Shown here: positions 41,377 through 52,251 of the stretch, piece after piece
Numbering within the stretch: position 1 is the stretch's first letter
Layout of the letters: each line of letters starts with the position of its first letter
NCBI GenBank assembly: GCA_964422365.1
Contig: CAYRAV010000013.1
Location: 1 to 63,032 of the forward strand
Origin: an uncultured Lachnospiraceae bacterium
Lineage (GTDB): Bacteria; Bacillota; Clostridia; Lachnospirales; Lachnospiraceae
Direction of reading: 5' to 3'
DNA: 63,032 nucleotides
The notes under the pieces: model-generated
What the model saw: only the letters and a program-made list of their open reading frames with translations
What the model was told of the DNA's origin: nothing
Database searches by the model: none
Translations under genes and position numbers: made by a program

Positions 41377-43686
41377 ATGAGGCCGCAAGAGATACTTAAG
41401 AAATATTATGGATATGATTCTTTTAGAGAGGGACAGGAAGAATTGATTTTCAGTGTACTAAAAGGAAGGGATGCATTTGGTATCATGCCTACAGGGGCAG
41501 GGAAATCGGTCTGTTATCAGGTACCTGCTCTTGCAATGGAGGGGATTACTATTGTGATTTCGCCATTGATTTCATTAATGAAGGATCAGGTAACATTTTT
41601 GAATCAGGCGGGAATTCATGCAGCATATATTAACAGTTCCCTTACCATAGGCCAGAGCAGAAAGGCATTAGAATATGCAAAGCAGGGAAGATATAAAATT
41701 ATCTATGTAGCACCAGAGCGGTTAGAAACAGAGTCATTTTGTGATTTTGCATTGAATGAAAACATAAAAATTTCTATGGTAGCAGTAGATGAAGCACATT
41801 GTATTTCACAATGGGGACAGGATTTTAGACCGAGTTATTTAAAAATTGTAGAGTTTATTGATAAATTTAGAAAAAGACCTGTTGTATGTGCATTTACAGC
41901 AACAGCAACAGAGGCGGTGAAAGAAGATGTTATGTGTATTTTGAAATTAAATCAGCCTAAAGTTGTCACAACAGGTTTTGACAGGAAAAATTTATATTAT
42001 GAGGTGCGCAGGACAAAACAAAAAGATGCAGAAATATTGGACTATGTGATGGAACACAAGGATATAAGCGGTATTATTTATTGTGCTACAAGAAAAAATG
42101 TAGAGGCAGTATATGAGATGTTGTTACAAAAAGGTCTGCCTGTTACAAAATATCATGCAGGATTGTCAGATGGAGAACGAAGGCAAAATCAAGAGGATTT
42201 TATTTATGATACATCACCCATTATGGTTGCCACCAATGCATTTGGAATGGGTATTGATAAATCAAATGTAAGATATGTGCTTCATTACAATATGCCCAAA
42301 AACATTGACAGTTTGTATCAGGAAATGGGAAGGTGTTCGAGAGATGGAGAGAGAGGGGAATGTATTCTTTTCTATTCTCCACAGGATGTCATGATACAAA
42401 AATATATGATTGAAAATGGAACAACAGATACAGCAGAAATTTCCTATGAGGACCAGCAGCTTATCAAAGAACGTGATTTAGAGCGGCTGCAGAAAGTGTC
42501 ATATTATTGTGTGACAAAAAACTGCCTGCATAATTATATTTTAAATTATTTTGGTGAGTATGATAATGACAATTGTGATAATTGCAGTAATTGTCTCAAT
42601 GAGTTTGAGGAAGTGGACATTACAGAAGAATGTAGAATTATTATCGAAAGTATTGCTTCCTGCCGTCAGAGATATGGAATGAATGTTTATATTAGTTTAT
42701 TACAAGGCAGAAAAAATGCAAAATTAGTTTATGGATTAGATAGTAATCCCTATTTTGGAAAATTAGCAGACAATAGTGAGGAACATTTAAAGCAGATGAT
42801 CAATCATTTATTAATTGAGAATTATCTGTATCTGACCAATGATAAATATACATTAGTAAAGATAAGCCGAAGTGCCGATGAAATTTTAAGAGGACAGTCT
42901 AAGGTAACATTGAAGTGTGCAAAAGAAGAACCAGAAAAAGCAGAAATACAATCAGATGCATCTGATACAAAAAGAAGTTCTCCAAATAGAAAAGTACCAC
43001 TATCGGAGATTCTCACAAGTAAAGGACTGGATTTATTTGATGAATTAAAATTGTTAAGAACTGAAATTGCACGAGAAGAAGCAGTACCTCCCTATATTGT
43101 ATTTAGTGATAAGACATTAATTGATATGTGTATAAGATTGCCATTTCACAAAGATGAAATGTTAAATGTTTCAGGGGTAGGTGAACATAAATTTGAAAAA
43201 TATGGACTTCGTTTTTTGGCAGCTATACATAAAAAAACTGGTGGAAAAAAAATAGAGACAGCTTATATGACAGTAGAAGAAAAAGATAGGTATACTGCAA
43301 TTGAAAAAAGGAAGAAAGCAGCAAAAACTGATTTTATTATGACAGAAGAAATCGAAACAAAGATACAATACACAGATAAAGCAACCATCAGCGAATTGGT
43401 AGAACAAATTAATGAATTAAGAAACAAAGATTCCATGAAGCGTCTTGTTATTAAAGATGTGACTGGTTTTCTCATAGAGGACGGGTATATAGAAGAAAAA
43501 ATCAAACCTGGTTTCCGTTATTATGAAAAAAGGGTGACAGAAAAAGGGATTGCACTTGGATTTTTGGAAGAAGTAAGAATAAGTGACAAGGGAAATGAAT
43601 ATGTCCAGTTATCTTGTAAGGAAGCTGCACAAAGGTTTATTGTAGAGTGTGTTATAAAGGAGAAGATATCAAAGCACTTAAAATAA
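41377..43686 (+). CDS. recQ: ATP-dependent DNA helicase RecQ (with C-terminal extension)
   Basis: DEAH helicase motifs (MPTGAGKS, DEAHCISQWG), a RecQ Zn-binding/RQC region and an HRDC-like region. Confidence 0.9.
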   Translation: MRPQEILKKYYGYDSFREGQEELIFSVLKGRDAFGIMPTGAGKSVCYQVPALAMEGITIVISPLISLMKDQVTFLNQAGIHAAYINSSLTIGQSRKALEYAKQGRYKIIYVAPERLETESFCDFALNENIKISMVAVDEAHCISQWGQDFRPSYLKIVEFIDKFRKRPVVCAFTATATEAVKEDVMCILKLNQPKVVTTGFDRKNLYYEVRRTKQKDAEILDYVMEHKDISGIIYCATRKNVEAVYEMLLQKGLPVTKYHAGLSDGERRQNQEDFIYDTSPIMVATNAFGMGIDKSNVRYVLHYNMPKNIDSLYQEMGRCSRDGERGECILFYSPQDVMIQKYMIENGTTDTAEISYEDQQLIKERDLERLQKVSYYCVTKNCLHNYILNYFGEYDNDNCDNCSNCLNEFEEVDITEECRIIIESIASCRQRYGMNVYISLLQGRKNAKLVYGLDSNPYFGKLADNSEEHLKQMINHLLIENYLYLTNDKYTLVKISRSADEILRGQSKVTLKCAKEEPEKAEIQSDASDTKRSSPNRKVPLSEILTSKGLDLFDELKLLRTEIAREEAVPPYIVFSDKTLIDMCIRLPFHKDEMLNVSGVGEHKFEKYGLRFLAAIHKKTGGKKIETAYMTVEEKDRYTAIEKRKKAAKTDFIMTEEIETKIQYTDKATISELVEQINELRNKDSMKRLVIKDVTGFLIEDGYIEEKIKPGFRYYEKRVTEKGIALGFLEEVRISDKGNEYVQLSCKEAAQRFIVECVIKEKISKHLK

Positions 43687-43905
43687 AAATGAAGAAACAA
43701 TAGAATTGTTGAGAAAGCTGCAGTTTTATTTGCAAAATGCTACATAAGACAAAAAATAGTCAATAGTAAAATTAGTCAAAATCTGTTGAAAATTGTCAAA
43801 TTGCATGATAGAATAAAAAGAGTCAGAGGAGTTCATTAAAATAATATGAGAATCAAGCAATTGCGAAACTCTATTTGCATTATGGATATTTGTGTAAATT
43901 GATAT

Positions 43906-43920
43906 TAGAGCGTGTTTGCA
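43906..43920 (+). repeat. Solo MITE terminal repeat (left-end type)
   Basis: tagagcgtgtttgca. Confidence 0.4.
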
Positions 43921-43989
43921 CAAATAAAAGTCAGGTTACTTAGAGTTTCGCAATTGTCTAAGTATAAGAATAAGAAGGAGGTATATCAA

Positions 43990-45696
43990 ATGAAAATGAA
44001 AGGGAAGATTGTATTAAGTATTGTGCTGCCGATTTTAATTTTGAGTATCATATTAAGTTCTTTATCCTATTATGAAATGTATAAAATTGCATTAGATGAG
44101 GTAAAAGCTTCATTGAAGACATCTGCACTTATGATAAAAGAAGCATATGAACTTAAAATTGAAGGTCCATATCATCAAAAAGAGGATGGTACTTATTGGA
44201 AAGGTGATACATTAAATATTTCTGAGAGTGCAAGTATTGTAGATAATATTGAACAGGATGGAGAGATGGCAGCATCGTTCATTTTTGGAAAAGTTCGTGT
44301 TATGACTAGTATTAAGGATGAGAAGGGAAACAGAATTGTAGGGACAGAGATAGATGAAAGTATTTATGAAAAACTGCAAAATGGTGAAAATGTTTTTGTA
44401 GAAAACTTAAAGATACAAGAGAATGTTTATGAGGCTTTTTATATGCCGGTTTATCAGGAAAATTCAGATACAGAGATTATTGGTTCTATATTTGTGGCAA
44501 AAAATTCAAAAAATCTGACTGCTGGTGTCAATAGGGCAATACTGATGCTGATAGCTGTTATTATATTGATAGTGTTAATAAGCATTTTTGTTGGCTGGGT
44601 TTTGGTTATGAAGATTATTAATGTATTACATAAAGGAATGGATATGGTTGAAAATGTATCTACAGGGAATCTAGTAACACAATTAGAAAATAAATATCTA
44701 GTGAGAAAAGATGAGGCAGGACAGATTTCTAGAGCAATTAACCGATTGAGAGAGAAACTTCAAAAAATTTTTGCTTCTATTTTTGAGAATGGCAATCAGT
44801 TATTAGAGAATTCTAGTGCTGTAAGTGAAGTAGCGAAACATACTTCAATAACAGTAGAACAAGTAGAAAAGGCGGTTCAAGAGATTGCAAAGAGTGCTGT
44901 TTCACAGGCAGAGAAAACACAAAAAGCATCAGAGCAGATAGCAATTATGGGTGAAAAGATTACAGAAACTGCACATGAGGTAGAGAGATTAAATAAAAAT
45001 GCAAAAGAGATGAAACATGCCAGTGATGAAGCGATGCAGACTATGGAAGATTTAAGTGATATTAATGAAAAGGCAAAAGAGGCAATTCATATTATCTATA
45101 ATCAAACCAATACAACAAATGATTCGGCAGTGAAGATTAAGGAAGCTACCAATCTGATTACATCAATTGCAGAGGAAACAAATCTGTTATCTCTAAATGC
45201 AAGCATTGAAGCAGCAAGGGCAGGAGAGCAAGGAAAAGGTTTTTCAGTGGTAGCAGCACAGATTCAAAATTTGGCAGAGCAGTCTAATGAATCAGCACAA
45301 AGAATTGAAAAAATCATTCTATCATTGTTAGAAGATTCCGGAAATGCGGTAAAAACAATGGATGAAGTAAAAATGATTATGGATAGTCAAAGTGCAAAAT
45401 TAACAAAAACTTCGGAAACTTTTGCCCAGGTAAAACAGGGAATTGACCATTCTATAAATGGAATTGCAAATATATCAGAACAAGCAGAAAGTTTAGAGCA
45501 GGTAACAGAAAGTGTAGTAGATATTGCTGAGAGTTTATCAGATATTGCACAGCGTAATGCATCAAATGCTGAGGAAACTTCTGCGGCAACAGCTGAAGTT
45601 TCAACAACAGTGGAAACATTGTCTGATACAGCAAAACAATTGAAGGAAATTGCACAACAATTAGAACAAAGCATTAGCATATTTGAAATTAGTTAG
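43990..45696 (+). CDS. Methyl-accepting chemotaxis protein
   Basis: TM, Cache-like ectodomain, HAMP domain and the conserved MCP signalling domain ([24 protein letters not shown]). Confidence 0.85.
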   Translation: MKMKGKIVLSIVLPILILSIILSSLSYYEMYKIALDEVKASLKTSALMIKEAYELKIEGPYHQKEDGTYWKGDTLNISESASIVDNIEQDGEMAASFIFGKVRVMTSIKDEKGNRIVGTEIDESIYEKLQNGENVFVENLKIQENVYEAFYMPVYQENSDTEIIGSIFVAKNSKNLTAGVNRAILMLIAVIILIVLISIFVGWVLVMKIINVLHKGMDMVENVSTGNLVTQLENKYLVRKDEAGQISRAINRLREKLQKIFASIFENGNQLLENSSAVSEVAKHTSITVEQVEKAVQEIAKSAVSQAEKTQKASEQIAIMGEKITETAHEVERLNKNAKEMKHASDEAMQTMEDLSDINEKAKEAIHIIYNQTNTTNDSAVKIKEATNLITSIAEETNLLSLNASIEAARAGEQGKGFSVVAAQIQNLAEQSNESAQRIEKIILSLLEDSGNAVKTMDEVKMIMDSQSAKLTKTSETFAQVKQGIDHSINGIANISEQAESLEQVTESVVDIAESLSDIAQRNASNAEETSAATAEVSTTVETLSDTAKQLKEIAQQLEQSISIFEIS

Positions 45697-45926
45697 AAGC
45701 TGTAGAAAAATAATTGATGCAAATTGTGCAGCATATTTCTTTGAGGGGTAGGTCAAAAAACATAGGCGCAGCGGGTTGGGGTGAGGCTTTTTGAATTGTG
45801 CAATCAGAGAAATAGACAAGCCAAGATGTGTCAGTTATTTTCCTGCAGATTCTTAGAGTATATAACAGCATAAAAAATGGTATAGGCAGTAAAGATGCTT
45901 ATGTCATTTTTTTGATTCAGGTATGT

Positions 45927-45985
45927 GAGCAAGCTCCTATGTGCATATTGCATAATTGTTTCCATATGTCTGAACTGTTACTGAC
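45927..45985 (-). repeat. Motif-B repeat copy 3 (reverse orientation)
   Basis: gtgagcaagctcctatgtgcatattgcataattgtttccatatgtctgaactgtta is the reverse complement of the copy-2 consensus. Confidence 0.7.
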
Positions 45986-46066
45986 AGAATGGAAAATATT
46001 TCTACATATCTTGACGTATTATATATTATCCATTACAATAAAAAGAATAGAAAGGGGGGAAAATTT

Positions 46067-46651
46067 ATGAATAAAGGAAGAATGAAAATATCATTCAACT
46101 CACCTGTTATTTTGGGCTTTTCTGGAATATGTCTAGTGGCATTAGTCTTAAATTTTCTGACAAGGGGATTTGCCAATAACTTATTATTTAGTGTCTATCG
46201 TTCTTCGCTTTTAAGTCCATTTACTTATTTTAGATTGATAGGACATATTTTTGGACATGCTAGCTGGTCGCATTTTATCGGAAATATGACATTGATTTTA
46301 GTATTAGGACCATTATTAGAAGAAAAATATGGCTCAGCTAATACTGCCTGTGTGATTTTCTTTACAGGGCTTATTACAGGGTTTGTACATTTTATGTTTT
46401 TTCCACATATACAACTGCTAGGTGCCAGTGGCGTGGTATTTGCATTTATTCTGCTATCTTCCTTTACAAGTATGAAGGAGGGAGAGATACCATTAACTTT
46501 GATTCTTGTAACACTGATTTATATTGGTGGCGAAGTTTATGATGGAATTTTTGTCAGAGATAATATATCAAATTTGACTCATATTTTAGGAGGTGGAGTA
46601 GGTGCAGGATTTGGATATATGATGAATGTATATCAGAGAAAGGAAATTTAG
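46067..46651 (+). CDS. Rhomboid family intramembrane serine protease
   Basis: GASGVVFAF (GxSG) and a conserved His in the last TM helix. Confidence 0.8.
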   Translation: MNKGRMKISFNSPVILGFSGICLVALVLNFLTRGFANNLLFSVYRSSLLSPFTYFRLIGHIFGHASWSHFIGNMTLILVLGPLLEEKYGSANTACVIFFTGLITGFVHFMFFPHIQLLGASGVVFAFILLSSFTSMKEGEIPLTLILVTLIYIGGEVYDGIFVRDNISNLTHILGGGVGAGFGYMMNVYQRKEI

Positions 46652-46709
46652 AAAACAAGTTTTAATACAATTTTCATTTGTTTTAGAGTTGTTTTTGTTT
46701 TATAAGAAG

Positions 46710-47639
46710 TTATTTTAACAGATTCAGAAAATTTTGATTTCCAATCACACGAATCATAGGTCCAAAGGATAGTATCTCAATCAGTAATTCTGTTTCTGCA
46801 CCTTTATTATAATAGATGAAACATTCATAAGTGTTTTCATCTATTTTTTTTGTATTTTTTTCATAGTTGGAAAACTGCAGCATAGTACGCTCCAGGGCAT
46901 TTCGTTCGTTTTTGATAATAAGGTGTACTGGTTCTTTGTAGTAGGAATGTTTGATTAATCGGTTAATATTAGGACGCTTTTTCTCGTATTTATCCAGTAG
47001 AGTAACAGTTTCAATCCGGTCTAGATTAACAGTTTCGATTCTGGGTGACTTATTATGCCGGTTTTCTAAGGAGAGCAGGCGGAATTTATTATTTTTCATG
47101 GAATATTCTAATCTGCATGGAATATACCAGTGACGGATTCTGTTTCCCGCTCTGGAATGATATAAAATATCTACATGTTGTTTATTTTTAATTGCAGTAA
47201 CAAGTGTGCGGAAATTATGTATGTATGCAGGGTTAGAAAAATCATCTTTATCTGAAAAACGGTCATAGTAGTAAAAATTTTCTGGTGTCCATAGTGGTAT
47301 CACATCCACAAATAGTTCCATAAGAAACTGAACTTGCTCTTTATCAAGAAACAATTGTATTTTCTCATCGAAAAGAATTGATTTTAAAAAAGAAGTCTGC
47401 AAAGAAGTCAGTGGTACGTAAAAATCACTATTGATTTTAGAAAGAAAAACAGTATCTTCTTTCTTTAATAGATTCCATTCTCCGCTTATTAATTTTGGAA
47501 CAATAAACAATGCACTTTCTTCATACCCTAAGTTTTGCATATAGGTATATAAATCTTTTTGTGTGGCATATTTTCGTGTATCAAGTATAGATTTTAATAC
47601 TTGATAGTAGCAGTTGTATAGTTCTGAAAATAATTTCAT
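46710..47639 (-). CDS. WYL-domain transcriptional regulator (second gene of a tandem pair)
   Basis: WYL-type motif RIRHWYIPCRLEY...FRLLSLE...VNLDRIETV. Start set at the ATG after GGAGG. Confidence 0.55.
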   Translation of the reverse strand: MKLFSELYNCYYQVLKSILDTRKYATQKDLYTYMQNLGYEESALFIVPKLISGEWNLLKKEDTVFLSKINSDFYVPLTSLQTSFLKSILFDEKIQLFLDKEQVQFLMELFVDVIPLWTPENFYYYDRFSDKDDFSNPAYIHNFRTLVTAIKNKQHVDILYHSRAGNRIRHWYIPCRLEYSMKNNKFRLLSLENRHNKSPRIETVNLDRIETVTLLDKYEKKRPNINRLIKHSYYKEPVHLIIKNERNALERTMLQFSNYEKNTKKIDENTYECFIYYNKGAETELLIEILSFGPMIRVIGNQNFLNLLK

Positions 47640-47683
47640 ATGATTACCTCCTAGAATATGCATTTTTTGATAAAATGGAGTTG

Positions 47684-48916
47684 TTAAACATGATACATCT
47701 GATACATTGTTTCTAAATCATGTTCAATACGTGCTTTCAAATTAGAATGTTCTGTTTCAATATCAATGATTCGTCCAATAAAAGAACGAATCCACGGTGC
47801 CATTTCGATTGCATCGAATACATCTTTTTCATAGATAAACACATTTTCTGCAATTTTTGTAATTGTACCATTTTTTCCTTCCCGTTGTAAACGGTTCAAG
47901 ATGTATTGTTCTGATTCTTCGTTAATGGATAGGGTTAATTTCACATGTTGTATGTAACTGCGATTATCGCTTTGAAAAGAAACACCCCATGCCTTGTTGC
48001 GGTTACGGTTTAGTTTTTCTAAAATTGTATCAAAATCAGTACAGTGTTCTAGTAAATTTACTTCCTTAATATAATCTAACCGAATGCAGAAGAAACGTTT
48101 AGGCTGCTCATAATACAGACAAAGGAAACGGCGTCCGGTTTTTGTACTAATGAAAATTTGAAGAGGAATACAGCAAGTGACTTGTTTTCTGCTGTTTTTG
48201 CTGCTTTTGATTGTTATTTCAATCCGTTGCTTTTTTCGCAGGGCCGTTAAAATGGAGAGTAATATTTCGTCTTCTAATGTATGTACAAAAAAGCTGTGTT
48301 TCACACGAAAAAGTCTGTTTTCTTCTGATATGGTATCTAAAATAGTGTTTCCTAAAAAGCCTACTGGTGCAGATAACTGATAAAATTTTAGGGCATCTGC
48401 CAGGGCAGGGCATTTTGAAAGTGTTTCTTTAAAAGAAGAATTCTTATAATAAATGATTTTGTGTCCTTGTTTTTCCTTATGAAGTAATCCTTCGTTTTCA
48501 TATTCATTACATTTTCGCCTTACCATTTGTGTCTCAAAAAGAACACCATATTCATTTAAAATGCTGTCTGTAAGTTCTTCCACTGTTTTTCCTTCCGTTG
48601 TGTTTAGATAATCCAAAAGAAAAAAGTGGAGCATAATATCATTGTCTGTAAAACTTTTGGTTTTCCATACATTATAAAGCGGATTGGTATCTAAAAGGTT
48701 ACTGTCAATGGCAAGAGAAATATTTTTTCCATTACTTGTGTAATCTTTTTTAATAAATTTTGAAAGCCAGCTTTCAATCCGCCTCCGTTCATTATCATAA
48801 GTACGAGGACTTTTTTCTTTAAATTCGCCTCTGGTTTTAAAGCCATATACGAAAAAGTCACGAACATATTCGCGGCTTTTAGAGAAAGATTTGATCAGTT
48901 CTTTAAATTCAGACAT
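47684..48916 (-). CDS. WYL-domain transcriptional regulator (first gene of a tandem pair)
   Basis: WYL-type motif RRFLCLYYEQPKRFFCIRLDYIKEV. RBS AAGGAGG. Confidence 0.55.
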   Translation of the reverse strand: MSEFKELIKSFSKSREYVRDFFVYGFKTRGEFKEKSPRTYDNERRRIESWLSKFIKKDYTSNGKNISLAIDSNLLDTNPLYNVWKTKSFTDNDIMLHFFLLDYLNTTEGKTVEELTDSILNEYGVLFETQMVRRKCNEYENEGLLHKEKQGHKIIYYKNSSFKETLSKCPALADALKFYQLSAPVGFLGNTILDTISEENRLFRVKHSFFVHTLEDEILLSILTALRKKQRIEITIKSSKNSRKQVTCCIPLQIFISTKTGRRFLCLYYEQPKRFFCIRLDYIKEVNLLEHCTDFDTILEKLNRNRNKAWGVSFQSDNRSYIQHVKLTLSINEESEQYILNRLQREGKNGTITKIAENVFIYEKDVFDAIEMAPWIRSFIGRIIDIETEHSNLKARIEHDLETMYQMYHV

Positions 48917-49025
48917 GTGGATAAAAACCTCCTTTCAGGTGCAGAAATGGTTTGAAACTATATCTATCATAGCACATTTTAGAATTTTATAAAAGTATTG
49001 TAATTTTTTCATATTGTAACCAGAT

Positions 49026-49188
49026 TGGAGTGTGTTTGGAAATTCACTGCCATAATCTGCACCCTCTGCTTTGTGTGTATATTTGCCCAAATTCATTCAA
49101 TCCAGCCTGCTGCACATCATGAATCTAGAGTGAATCCCCACAAATTGTGACACACATTTTGTAACAAGCAATTTTTCAACACGCTTTA
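49026..49188 (+). mobile_element. MITE copy
   Basis: TGGAGTGTGTTTGGAAATTC...GCAATTTTTCAACACGCTTTA. Confidence 0.75.
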
Positions 49189-49296
49189 GAATTTATAGTT
49201 CGCAACTTTTTTGAAATGATAAATTTTCCATTTCAAGGTATGATAACAACATCACAGATCAACAGTTTCAGACATGAAAAATGTGTTATAGAAAGG

Positions 49297-50538
49297 ATGA
49301 GGGAGATGTTTGTAGTAGCAAATGAAAATACAAAGGTTCCAATGAAAATATGGCTAAGCGGGGCAGACAAAATAGAAGAAAGCTGTTTGGAACAGGCATA
49401 TCATTTAGCAAATCTTCCATTTGTACATAAGTGGGTGTGTTTAATGCCTGATACCCATACAGGAAAAGGAATGCCTATTGGAGGTGTTATTGCAGCAAAA
49501 GATGTGATTATTCCAAATGCAGTGGGTTCTGATATTGGATGCGGCATGGTATTTGCAGCAACTAACATAAAAGCAGCAGATATCAAAGAAATTCAGACAG
49601 GCAATGGAACCATGATACAATCAATGGTTGGCAATATCATGCGTTCTGTGCCAATTGGAGTAAATAAATTTAAAACGAAGCAGGAATCAGCAGTTTTAGC
49701 CAAAGCAGCAGAGGAGATGGAGAAATACAACGAAAATAAAGAGCTGATTCATTTAATAGAAGAAGCATATTATCAGGTAGGAACACTTGGAGGCGGAAAT
49801 CATTTTATTGAATTGCAGGAAGATGAGGAAGGATATTTGTGTGTTATGATTCATTCGGGAAGCCGTCACCTTGGAAAGGAAATCTGTGATTATTTTCACG
49901 ATAAGGCAAGAGCATTAAATATACAATGGCACAGCAGTGTGCTGGAAGAATACAGGCTTGCGTTTTTACCTGTAAACACAAAAGAAGGAAAGGAATATAT
50001 TAACTGGATGAATCTGGCACTTGATTACGCAGAAGAAAATAGAGCACATATGTTAGAAAGTGTTTGCAGGATTGTAAAGGAGCAGATTGAGAAACAGATA
50101 GATGTTACAGTAGAATTTACAGATCACATCAACTGTCATCACAATTATGCGGCATTAGAAAATCATTATGGAGAGAATGTATGGGTGCACCGAAAAGGGG
50201 CGACCAGAGCAAGGGAAGGGGAAAGAGCAGTTATTCCTGGTGCAATGGGTTCCTATAGTTATGTAGTGGAAGGCAAAGGTAATCCAATGACTTTTTGTTC
50301 CTCTTCTCATGGAGCAGGAAGAAATTATTCCAGAAGCGGGGCGAAGGCAAATTTTTCTGTAGAAAAAGTCATGGTAGATTTGAAAGAACAAGGTGTTGTT
50401 CTTGGAAAAAGAAATAAAAATGATGTAGCAGAAGAATGTAGATTTGCCTACAAAGATATTGATGAAGTAATGGAACAGCAAAAAGATCTGGTTACACCAA
50501 TCAGAAAATTAAAAACAGTTGGTGTGGTAAAAGGATAA
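49297..50538 (+). CDS. rtcB: RNA 3'-phosphate/2',3'-cyclic phosphate ligase RtcB
   Basis: RtcB signatures: DTHTGKGMPIGG, GSDIGCGM, GGGNHFIE, HSGSRHLG, NCHHNYA, HRKGAT, SSSHGAGR. Confidence 0.9.
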   Translation: MREMFVVANENTKVPMKIWLSGADKIEESCLEQAYHLANLPFVHKWVCLMPDTHTGKGMPIGGVIAAKDVIIPNAVGSDIGCGMVFAATNIKAADIKEIQTGNGTMIQSMVGNIMRSVPIGVNKFKTKQESAVLAKAAEEMEKYNENKELIHLIEEAYYQVGTLGGGNHFIELQEDEEGYLCVMIHSGSRHLGKEICDYFHDKARALNIQWHSSVLEEYRLAFLPVNTKEGKEYINWMNLALDYAEENRAHMLESVCRIVKEQIEKQIDVTVEFTDHINCHHNYAALENHYGENVWVHRKGATRAREGERAVIPGAMGSYSYVVEGKGNPMTFCSSSHGAGRNYSRSGAKANFSVEKVMVDLKEQGVVLGKRNKNDVAEECRFAYKDIDEVMEQQKDLVTPIRKLKTVGVVKG

Positions 50539-50702
50539 TGCTGGTAACCTGCAAAAGGCAGGATTATCATAGATGAAAGGTTATACTATACATGAGTATG
50601 ACAGAAAATCTGTTGCTCTGTGGTGCCGGCATAATTATGCATGGTATACCGTATAACGTTTCTTTGCACTATTTTGGATATAGCTGCAAAATATAACGTG
50701 GT

Positions 50703-50812
50703 GTCAGTGGTTCAAATCCACTACGGAATTTTCCGTTAGCTCAGCTGGGTAGAGCACCACTGGTAGCCGGAATACGGCAGATGGTTCGAATCCATCAATC
50801 AAAGTACCTGCC
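50703..50812 (+). ncRNA. tRNA-like element with tRNA modules in permuted order (not a canonical tRNA)
   Basis: A T-arm-like hairpin agtggttcaaatccact plus acggaa, then ttccgt plus D-arm gctcagctgggtagagc, a short hairpin gccggaatacggc and a second T-arm gatggttcgaatccatc. No foldable anticodon arm and no CCA. Confidence 0.3.
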
Positions 50813-51141
50813 ACGTACTTTAATCTCATAAATGTAGAATTATCTTTTTGTAGGTGCATGCAGCTGTCTTGCAGTTACATTGCAATTTATAATATTGCTT
50901 GTAAAAATGGGGATACCGTATTCAACTTATTGTATGACATAAAAGAAATCACAGGATTCTGTAAGAGTTTTATTGTTACAGAATCAAGTTGCCGCCAATG
51001 CAGATTTTATTTGTATAAGGCAGCAGGTTTCGGACGCCTTGTACATTAAGCAATCCTTAACCAATTTTCCGCAATATGATAAAAACAAAAGGATAATTCT
51101 ATATGAAACACAGAGCATATGAAAAATATGGGGGAATTTTA

Positions 51142-52251
51142 ATGAAAATGATAGTAATAAAAGAAAAACAGGCAGGATATGTAATAAAAAATGGCATATT
51201 TGTGAAAATGATTACAGCAGGAAAATATTTCTATCCAAAGGCACTAGGATATGAAGTTATAATAGAAGAAATGCTAGGAGAAACAGAGGGCATAGAGCTG
51301 CCATATGAAGTGCTGATAAAAGACAAAAAATATAAAGAATCTGTTATTCGTTTTCAAATACCAGATGGTTCGATTGGATTAATTTATGTAAATGGGATAT
51401 TGAGAACATTTGCAACAAGAAAAGAATACATATTTTGGAATGTATATGAAACTTATGACATAAAACTTATTTCTATGGAAGAAACAGAAATAAACAAGAC
51501 AATAACAAAACAGATGCTTTCTGTTATTCCAAGAACGTATTATACTCAAATATGTGTGGAAGAAGGGGAAACAGGATTATTGTATTACAACAATATTCTA
51601 CAGCGACAGTTAGAACCTGGTATTTATTACTTTTGGAATTACAAAGTAGCTGTTACTTATAGAATTGTAAGCCTTAAGTTGAATGAACTTAATATAATTG
51701 GACAGGAAATTTTAACAAAAGATAAGATAGGAATTAGAATGAATGTAGTATGCTCCTATAAAATCACAGATGCAGTGGGAGTGGCATGCCAGATTACAGA
51801 TCTGGCAAAACAATTGTATTCCTATATCCAGTTAGTAATCAGGGAGTTAGTTGGAAATTATAAATTAGATGAAATATTAGAGCAGAAAAGTAAAATTTCG
51901 GAAGAAATATATGAGAAGCTGAAGAAAAGAGAAACAGAACTTTATGTAGAATTTCTTTCATCAGGAATAAAGGACATTATCTTACCGGGAGAAATAAGAG
52001 ATATTATGAATACTGTACTAGTTGCAGAAAAAACTGCTCAGGCAAATGTTATTACAAGAAGAGAAGAGGTTGCATCTACCCGGTCTTTACTTAATACTGC
52101 AAAATTGATGGAGGAAAATAAAACATTATATAAATTAAAAGAATTAGAATATCTCGAAAAAATCTGCACGAAGGTAGGAGAAATATCTGTGAATGGAAAT
52201 GCAGGACTAATTGAACAATTAAGTATGTTAATAGGAGACAGACAACCATAA
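51142..52251 (+). CDS. SPFH/band-7 (slipin/flotillin-like) domain protein
   Basis: SPFH core followed by a coiled-coil (ILPGEIRDIMNTVLVAEKTAQANVITRREE). Confidence 0.7.
   Translation: MKMIVIKEKQAGYVIKNGIFVKMITAGKYFYPKALGYEVIIEEMLGETEGIELPYEVLIKDKKYKESVIRFQIPDGSIGLIYVNGILRTFATRKEYIFWNVYETYDIKLISMEETEINKTITKQMLSVIPRTYYTQICVEEGETGLLYYNNILQRQLEPGIYYFWNYKVAVTYRIVSLKLNELNIIGQEILTKDKIGIRMNVVCSYKITDAVGVACQITDLAKQLYSYIQLVIRELVGNYKLDEILEQKSKISEEIYEKLKKRETELYVEFLSSGIKDIILPGEIRDIMNTVLVAEKTAQANVITRREEVASTRSLLNTAKLMEENKTLYKLKELEYLEKICTKVGEISVNGNAGLIEQLSMLIGDRQP

Noticed and set aside
50741-50812. Canonical tRNA gene call
   Set aside because: D-arm and T-arm are present but no anticodon stem can be paired. 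Acceptor halves are in permuted order and there is no CCA. Reported instead as a tRNA-like element or pseudogene.
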